DNA from: Marine Group II euryarchaeote MED-G35 | Lineage (GTDB): Archaea > Thermoplasmatota > Poseidoniia > Poseidoniales > Thalassarchaeaceae | DNA: 64,000 nt | Reading direction: 5' to 3' | NCBI GenBank assembly: GCA_002457155.1 | Contig: NTJS01000001.1 | Coordinates: 2,534-66,533 of the forward strand | Shown: positions 58,353 through 64,000 of the stretch, in pieces | Numbering within the stretch: position 1 is the stretch's first letter | Layout of the letters: each line of letters opens with the position of its first letter | The notes under the pieces: generated by a model | The model's database searches: none | The model's input: only the letters and a program-made list of their open reading frames with translations | What the model was told of the DNA's origin: nothing | Translations under genes and position numbers: made by a program

Positions 58353-59139
58353 TGCCCTCGAGGTCTCTGGCCTCAGGAAGGAATTCGGCGGTTTGGTTGC
58401 CGTGAGGGAAGTCTCTTTCTCGGTTGGAGAGGGGGAGTTCGTAGGTCTGATCGGGCCCAACGGATGTGGGAAGTCCACGACCTTCAACTGCATCAGCGGC
58501 CTCCTGGAGCAGACTTCCGGCAGAATCGAGATTTTCGGAGAAGACGCCTCCGAACTAAGGCCAGACCAAATCCAGAACCTCGGGATGACGAGGACCTTCC
58601 AGCACACCAACCTTTGGAGGGAGATGACAGTGATAGAGAACCTGCTAGTTCCGCCTAGGGGGCAGTTTGGCTCATCGATCAGAGAATTGGCAAGATCGCT
58701 GCTTTTCCCGGCCAACCAAGCCGAAGCAGGGCGTCTCTCTATGGCATACGATGTCCTTGACCAGCTCGAGGTCCCGCACATGGCCCACAACATGACCAGC
58801 GAGCTGTCGGGAGGGCAGAGCAAGCTGGTGGACATAGGGAGGTCAATGATGGGCGAACCGAGGCTACTGCTTCTAGACGAGCCAGTCGCCGGGGTTGCCG
58901 GGCCGCTGGCAATGAAGATCTTCAACAACCTGAGGAAGCTAGTCGACGAGACTGGCATCACAGTCCTGATAATCGAGCACAACATGGACTTCATCCTCAG
59001 GCAGGGAGTGGATCGAATCATCGTAATGAACGAGGGCGGTGTGCTGATGGAAGGAACCCCAGACGAGGTTCGCAACAACAGGGCCGTCATAGAGGCTTAC
59101 CTTGGGGCTGCGGGGGAATCGGGGGGTGGAGAAGAGTGA
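58345..59139 (+). CDS. livG: branched-chain amino-acid ABC transporter ATPase LivG
   Basis: Walker A 'GPNGCGKST', signature 'LSGGQSKLVDIGRSM', Walker B 'LLLLDEP' and the LivG-type C-terminal extension. 8-bp overlap with the permease gene. Confidence 0.9.
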   Translation: MSNALEVSGLRKEFGGLVAVREVSFSVGEGEFVGLIGPNGCGKSTTFNCISGLLEQTSGRIEIFGEDASELRPDQIQNLGMTRTFQHTNLWREMTVIENLLVPPRGQFGSSIRELARSLLFPANQAEAGRLSMAYDVLDQLEVPHMAHNMTSELSGGQSKLVDIGRSMMGEPRLLLLDEPVAGVAGPLAMKIFNNLRKLVDETGITVLIIEHNMDFILRQGVDRIIVMNEGGVLMEGTPDEVRNNRAVIEAYLGAAGESGGGEE

Positions 59140-59855
59140 CTCGGGTGCTGGATGTTAGTGGCCTAGAAGGAGGGTACGGATCAGTCCAGATTCTCTATGG
59201 GATAGACATGTACGTCGACGAGGGCGAGTTCGTAACTGTGATCGGACCCAATGGGTGCGGGAAGTCCACCTTCATCAAGACGATCTTCGGCATCGCTACA
59301 TACTATCGTGGAGGAATACTCTACCGGGGCGATGAGGTATCTGGCTGGAGGACAGACCAACTGGTTAACCACGGCATTGCCTATGTCCCACAGGTGGACA
59401 ACGTGTTCCCATCACTATCCGTGTTGGAGAACCTACAGATGGGCGGGAACTCTCTCTCGCAGAGAGTCCTTAGCGATAGGATCGAGAGGTCCCTGGAGAT
59501 GTTCCCAGACCTGAGGAACAGGGAGTACGACCTCGCAGCATCCCTCTCCGGCGGGGAGAGGCAGATGCTGGCAATATCCAGAGCATTGATCTCAGATCCT
59601 AAGTTCCTACTGCTGGACGAGCCGACCGCAGCCCTATCCCCCCTCTACCAGCAGCAGATAATCGAGAGCATCGACTCACTTCGAGATAAGGGAATCACCA
59701 TTCTGATCGTCGAGCAGAACGCCAGGCTCTCCCTCGCTAGGTCAGATCGCGGATATATCATCTCCAACGGCAAGGTGGTGCACACGGGCGACGCTCAGCA
59801 CATTCTGACCGATCCCGAGATTGGCGAGTACTTCCTTGGCTCAACAGGCGAGTGA
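59136..59855 (+). CDS. livF: branched-chain amino-acid ABC transporter ATPase LivF
   Basis: Walker A 'GPNGCGKST', signature 'LSGGERQMLAISRAL', Walker B 'FLLLDEP'. 4-bp overlap with livG. Confidence 0.9.
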   Translation: MTRVLDVSGLEGGYGSVQILYGIDMYVDEGEFVTVIGPNGCGKSTFIKTIFGIATYYRGGILYRGDEVSGWRTDQLVNHGIAYVPQVDNVFPSLSVLENLQMGGNSLSQRVLSDRIERSLEMFPDLRNREYDLAASLSGGERQMLAISRALISDPKFLLLDEPTAALSPLYQQQIIESIDSLRDKGITILIVEQNARLSLARSDRGYIISNGKVVHTGDAQHILTDPEIGEYFLGSTGE

Positions 59856-59863
59856 TGGCCAAT

Positions 59864-61549
59864 CTAACCCTTATTCAGAGTCTTGGCTTGCTCCGGCCAC
59901 ATCATCTTCGTCACCCTTCCTGGTACTAGGCCCAGCGCGCCATTCACTGCTTCGGCGGTCTCCTTGTCCATTCTTGATATCTGATCGAAGGTCCTTATTC
60001 CAAGGACCTTCAACTTCTTCTGCGTCTCGGCATCTACTCCCTTGATCAATGTCAGGTCATCTGACTTCCTGTCTCCTGCCTTCCCTATCTGGGCCCACTT
60101 GATTTGGGCTGCGCTGAGGTTTGCGATTACGCTATCATCGTCCTCCATCTTTCTTGAAGACTTGTCAACCCCCTTCAGTTCCAGCATTGTGATAGCCTGT
60201 TTCGTCCAAACAAAATCCTCGACCTTCCCAGGCAGCAACTCAAGGGAGTCATTGACCATTTTCGAAATCTCGGAATCAAATCTGGAGATTTGCTCGTAAG
60301 TGAATATCCCAAGCGAATTCAACTTCTTCTCCGTTAATTCGTCGATACCGTTGATCATGGTAAGATCATCAGGGTCCTTTCCTTGAAAATTTGCTCCTAT
60401 CTTGGTCCAATCGAGATCACCTCTCCTCTGTCCAATCCTCTCTAATACCAATTCCTCCCTCTTCTCTTTCTCTATCTCATCTGTGAATTGCTCTGCGTTC
60501 TCCCCTGCCATCTTGGCCTTCCTTACGGCCTCGTCGAGCCTCCTCTTGGCTGCTTCCGCTTCGGCCTTCGCTTCCTTCGCCTCATCTTCCTCTATCTCCG
60601 CAATCAATCGGGCCTCATCAGCCTCAGATTCCTCTTCCTCTGCTCTCTTTGCAGCCTCATCAGCCTCTTTCCGAGCCAGTTCCACTACCTCTTCAGCCTT
60701 GATCATAGCATCGCTGGCCTCTATCGTCATCCGTTCCTTTTCTTCCTCTAAATCGACCTCTTCCAGAACATTTTGCTCAGAAAGAACCTCTATCTTCGAT
60801 TCCTCTATAGCAACTTTTTTCTTCTCAATCTCGGCTTTGAGTTCCTTCATCTCAGCCTCTAACTTTTCGATGTCGGGCTGCTCCTCTTCAATCCCGCCCT
60901 CATCTTCGATTTCACCCACTTCCTGTGATAATTCCTCGGGTTCCTCAAGTTTTCCTCCACTCGAGGAATCGCTATCATCGTCTTCAGGCATTTCGAACGA
61001 TGAAATCTCAGTTCCATGGATTAGATTGGAAACGACTTCCTGAATGAATCGCATTGACTTCTTCATTCGATGGCTGTCATCGATCTCATGAAGTATAACG
61101 TTCTCGCAATCTTCTGCGACCTTCCGAGAATAGCTGATTGGAACCACTTCGTCGTATTTCCCATGCATTATTGCTGTTGGATGAGCCGGAATTGGCCACG
61201 ACATCTTCTCTGCCGATTCCATGAACTCCCAGGGGAGGATAATGTCCAATTCGAAGCCCGTGTAACGCCTCTCTCCGGTTGTTTTCCAAGCGCTCCTACC
61301 GGTCTCCTCCATTCCTTCCCAGTTCTCTGCTAGTCCAAATGCAGGGGCAATCAGCAGCAGCCTGGTTTTCATCTGGGGCCTAATTGCGGAAGCATTTGCC
61401 GCGGCTAGGCCCCCCATGGAGGAGCCCACGATTAGATCAAACTCCCCCTCATCCAGGTGGTGAATGAGGACTTCCGTCTGATTTGCTATGCTCCACCCCA
61501 ACTCTGACATCTTTGGTGCAGTGACATCCCACCCAAGGGCTTCCCTCAT
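59864..61549 (-). CDS. fusion protein: N-terminal YqiA-like alpha/beta-hydrolase (esterase), a long acidic coiled-coil, and two C-terminal roughly 65-aa helix-hairpin-helix-like repeats; the N-terminus appears to extend upstream of the first ATG
   Basis: Nucleophile elbow 'IVGSSMGG'. Coiled coil 'KLEAEMKELKAEIEKKKVAIEESK...EAKAEAEAAKRRLDEA'. Repeats 'DDLTMINGIDELTEKKLNSLGIFTYEQISRF' and 'DDLTLIKGVDAETQKKLKVLGIRTFDQISRM'. The in-frame upstream 61550-61624 translates to 'LGGVILRVLFAHGFEGSPTGSKPTY' (a YqiA N-terminal HGF motif), but contains no ATG/GTG/TTG. Confidence 0.6.
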   Translation of the reverse strand: MREALGWDVTAPKMSELGWSIANQTEVLIHHLDEGEFDLIVGSSMGGLAAANASAIRPQMKTRLLLIAPAFGLAENWEGMEETGRSAWKTTGERRYTGFELDIILPWEFMESAEKMSWPIPAHPTAIMHGKYDEVVPISYSRKVAEDCENVILHEIDDSHRMKKSMRFIQEVVSNLIHGTEISSFEMPEDDDSDSSSGGKLEEPEELSQEVGEIEDEGGIEEEQPDIEKLEAEMKELKAEIEKKKVAIEESKIEVLSEQNVLEEVDLEEEKERMTIEASDAMIKAEEVVELARKEADEAAKRAEEEESEADEARLIAEIEEDEAKEAKAEAEAAKRRLDEAVRKAKMAGENAEQFTDEIEKEKREELVLERIGQRRGDLDWTKIGANFQGKDPDDLTMINGIDELTEKKLNSLGIFTYEQISRFDSEISKMVNDSLELLPGKVEDFVWTKQAITMLELKGVDKSSRKMEDDDSVIANLSAAQIKWAQIGKAGDRKSDDLTLIKGVDAETQKKLKVLGIRTFDQISRMDKETAEAVNGALGLVPGRVTKMMWPEQAKTLNKG

Positions 61550-61611
61550 GTACGTTGGTTTGGAACCGGTCGGACTGCCTTCGAAACCATGTGCAAAGAG
61601 GACTCGCAGGA

Positions 61612-62049
61612 TTACTCCCCCAAGTCACAGAATGAGATTCTGAGGAATTCGCTTTCGGTCGCCTCTCGCTCCATCGGGGTTGAATCATCTCCCAGAACCC
61701 TCATATGAATCTCTGCAGTTACCTCCACGGTGGCTTCGAAGAGGTGTCCGCCTCTGACCACATGGTCATCGTCCGAGGCCACAATGTGGATGTGCGAGAA
61801 GGGACCATCTGGTCCAGGAGCAAGGTTCCCTTGCATCGAGAGTAGCTCCATTGGCTCTTCCACCACAACCTTCTGGTAGATTCCTCCCGAGTCGAGATAC
61901 CCTATCGAAGTGTTACGGACTCTCCCTATTCCGCTGGTGAGGGCAGCCGCCGAAATGCCGTGTTCGCTCAGACTTCTAATCGAGGAATGCAACTCCTCCC
62001 CCTTGTCTAGTCGGATGAATAGGTCTCGACCGATTCGTCGGTACTCCAT
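61612..62049 (-). CDS. PPC/DUF296-domain protein (predicted AT-hook-like DNA-binding, COG1661)
   Basis: 145 aa; 'GPFSHIHIVASDDDHVVRGGHLFEATVEVTAEIHMRVL' is the characteristic His-rich PPC core. Confidence 0.55.
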   Translation of the reverse strand: MEYRRIGRDLFIRLDKGEELHSSIRSLSEHGISAAALTSGIGRVRNTSIGYLDSGGIYQKVVVEEPMELLSMQGNLAPGPDGPFSHIHIVASDDDHVVRGGHLFEATVEVTAEIHMRVLGDDSTPMEREATESEFLRISFCDLGE

Positions 62050-62167
62050 GCGTGCCCATTCGGGTCTAAGACTTCAAACTCACCATCACCACTTCACTCG
62101 GAGAGCTTCCAATTCTAACTCCAGTAGAAGTGGGAAAAAACCAGAAATGAGCCCTGAGGGTACAATA

Positions 62168-62192
62168 TTTCTCCACTGGAAGCAAAGGGGTC
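62168..62192. promoter_or_regulatory. ORB-like element (dyad TCCAcTGGA followed by a G-tract) in the mcm upstream region
   Basis: 'tttctccactggaagcaaaggggtc' resembles archaeal origin-recognition-box cores (TCCAGTGGAAA...GGGG). Only a single clear copy was seen, so this is weak. Confidence 0.2.
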
Positions 62193-62257
62193 CGATTTTC
62201 CAACCATACTGTTCATAGGCCGTGTCTTCCGACTCGCAAAGCCCGGTGGCAAATCAG

Positions 62258-64000
62258 ATGACAATGGCAGCACATGACGCCTCCGCCAGATGGAGAACAT
62301 TCCTCGAGGAGGCAAAGGAGACAGAGGTAATGACCCTGCTTTCGAGGCAGTCCAATTTCCCTTTCCTCTCAGTCCCGTTCCACGAGCTCCAGACCTTCGA
62401 TCCAGACTTCGCTGAGGATGTACTGCAGTATCCTAAGCAGGTTCTCTCTGCCGGCTCCAAGACCTTGATGGAGATTTGTAGGGAAAGGGGCGAAGAGATA
62501 GACGCATTGCTCAGAGTCGGGGAACTCCCGGGCGACACCCGGGTCCCTCTGAGGGATATAGGCAGCGACGACATAGACAAACTGCGCAGCGTTGATGTAA
62601 TCGTGACCAAGATTTCCGAGATCAAGCCCAGGATTCACAGGGCTGTTTTCAGATGCGAGTCATGCGGCGTTGAGATTGAAGTAGACCAGGAAAACGAGCG
62701 AGAGCTGAAGGAGCCTCTCAAATGCCCAGATGGCGATGGTTGCGGACTTCCCAAGGCACAAACCAGGTTCGATCTGATCCTCATTAGCTCCCGGATGGTG
62801 AACAACCAATGGATCGAGATCCAAGAGCAGCCCGAGTATGTCCCAAGCGGGGCACAGCCAAGGAGGGGGATGGTCCTGATCGAGGGCGATCAGGTCAACA
62901 AGCACCTCCCCGGGGAGAGGATAACGGCGAACGTAATCCCCGTCGTCCGCAGCGAGGTGAGAAACCGCAAGAAGACCCCGATGTTCGATGTGATTTTCCA
63001 TCTGATCAGCTCGGAGCACGAGAGCACCCCGTTCACTGAGATCGCAATCGACGAGGAGGACAGTGCCAGAATCATAGAGGTCTCCAAGAGGGATGATCTG
63101 ATGTCCCTAATCCAACGCTCCATTGCTCCTTCCATCTTTGCGACTGGCATTCTTGGACACGTGAAGCGCTCCCTTGCCTTACAGCTATTCGGGGGGGTGT
63201 CACGCAGGCTGAATGACAAGACTAGATCCAGAGGCGACATCCACATACTGCTCATGGGCGATCCGGGTGTCGCCAAGTCACAACTGCTCACATTCATCTC
63301 TGCCCTCTCCCCAAGGGGGAGGCTCGCCACGGGCGGCGGCGTCTCGGGTGCGGGGCTAACTGCAGCAGCAGTCAGGGATGCATTCGGGGATGGGAGGTTC
63401 GCTCTCGAGGCAGGAGTGCTCCCTCTTTCCGACCGGGGACTCGCCGCAATCGACGAGTTCGACAAGATCTCCACCGATGACAGGAGGATGATGCACCCAG
63501 CAATGGAGCAACAGAAGGTTCACGTCGCCAAGGGGGGAATCACAGCCACTCTCCATTCCAGATGCGCGATACTCGCAGCTGCTAACCCAGAGGATGGGAG
63601 ATTCAGCAAGAGGGGCAAAAACACTAGTGTGATGAGGTCATTCAAGGAGACTGGACTGCCTCCACCATTGGCTTCCAGATTCGACATCATCTGGATGATC
63701 AGGGACGAGGTCAGGATTCACGATGACGAGAGGATAGCCAGGCATATACTGGACAACCGTACTTCTGGGAAGAGCGAGGCCCTGTTGGAGAACTCCATAG
63801 AGTTGGGATACCCCGACTCCGAGGAGACATCATTCCTAGTAACCTCGGACAACGGGGAGGAGCACCTCACCCAGAATTTCCTCAGGAAGTACATCGCATT
63901 CGCAAAGAGAAACATACACCCACAACTCGACCAAGATGCAAAGAATGCGATACTCAAGTACTACACGGAAGAGAGGCAGTCCTTCGGTCGTGAGGATGAA
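62258..64000 (+). CDS. mcm: MCM replicative helicase (3' partial, continues beyond window)
   Basis: Open frame from the ATG at 62258 to the window end (581 codons, no stop). Zn finger 'CESCGVEIEV...KCPDGDGCG', Walker A 'GDPGVAKSQLL', Walker B 'IDEFDKI' and arginine finger 'SRFD'. Absent from the ORF track because it has no stop codon. Confidence 0.9.
   Translation, partial: MTMAAHDASARWRTFLEEAKETEVMTLLSRQSNFPFLSVPFHELQTFDPDFAEDVLQYPKQVLSAGSKTLMEICRERGEEIDALLRVGELPGDTRVPLRDIGSDDIDKLRSVDVIVTKISEIKPRIHRAVFRCESCGVEIEVDQENERELKEPLKCPDGDGCGLPKAQTRFDLILISSRMVNNQWIEIQEQPEYVPSGAQPRRGMVLIEGDQVNKHLPGERITANVIPVVRSEVRNRKKTPMFDVIFHLISSEHESTPFTEIAIDEEDSARIIEVSKRDDLMSLIQRSIAPSIFATGILGHVKRSLALQLFGGVSRRLNDKTRSRGDIHILLMGDPGVAKSQLLTFISALSPRGRLATGGGVSGAGLTAAAVRDAFGDGRFALEAGVLPLSDRGLAAIDEFDKISTDDRRMMHPAMEQQKVHVAKGGITATLHSRCAILAAANPEDGRFSKRGKNTSVMRSFKETGLPPPLASRFDIIWMIRDEVRIHDDERIARHILDNRTSGKSEALLENSIELGYPDSEETSFLVTSDNGEEHLTQNFLRKYIAFAKRNIHPQLDQDAKNAILKYYTEERQSFGREDE

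Noticed and set aside
62254-63474. Antisense ORFs over mcm (62254..62625, 62369..62638, 62660..63019, 62890..63474)
   Set aside because: mcm reading frame is unambiguous (Walker A/B, Zn finger). The antisense frames have no motifs.
1-64000. CRISPR arrays, rRNA genes, transposases/integrases
   Set aside because: No regularly spaced direct repeats outside coding repeats. No rRNA-like conserved stretches. No ORF with transposase or integrase motifs.

Overview
The window looks like a 64-kb chromosomal segment from an archaeon (inference from gene content). It carries an archaeal informational core: topoisomerase VI B/A, TFB, the ribosomal L18e-L13-S9 plus RpoN cluster, Trm1, and MCM, which runs off the 3' edge. 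This core is interleaved with many bacterial-type metabolic genes: a PlsC-like acyltransferase, NAD-dependent DNA ligase LigA, NfuA, MoaA, a class II B12-dependent RNR together with a PduO-type adenosyltransferase, an Icd isocitrate dehydrogenase, an aconitase-family protein, and a Liv-type amino-acid ABC transporter. There are two giant secreted or membrane-anchored proteins (about 1760 aa and 2636 aa). The second is built from aspartate-rich calcium-binding-type repeats (DxDxDG) that also show up as repeats at the nucleotide level. This mosaic is reminiscent of marine planktonic Euryarchaeota (MGII/Poseidoniales-like), but that assignment is only an inference. I found three tRNA genes by eye: Pro-GGG, Arg-GCG and Arg-CCG. 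The two Arg genes are nearly identical and bracket a single orphan amino-acid-binding lipoprotein gene. I found no CRISPR array, rRNA or obvious transposase. The most unusual features are the twin tRNA-Arg bracket, a triple-domain substrate-binding lipoprotein followed by a 1237-aa fused LivH-LivM permease, a convergent Cas4-like nuclease and DnaQ-like exonuclease pair, an esterase/coiled-coil/HhH fusion with no canonical start codon, LigA in an archaeal setting, and an ORB-like motif upstream of mcm.
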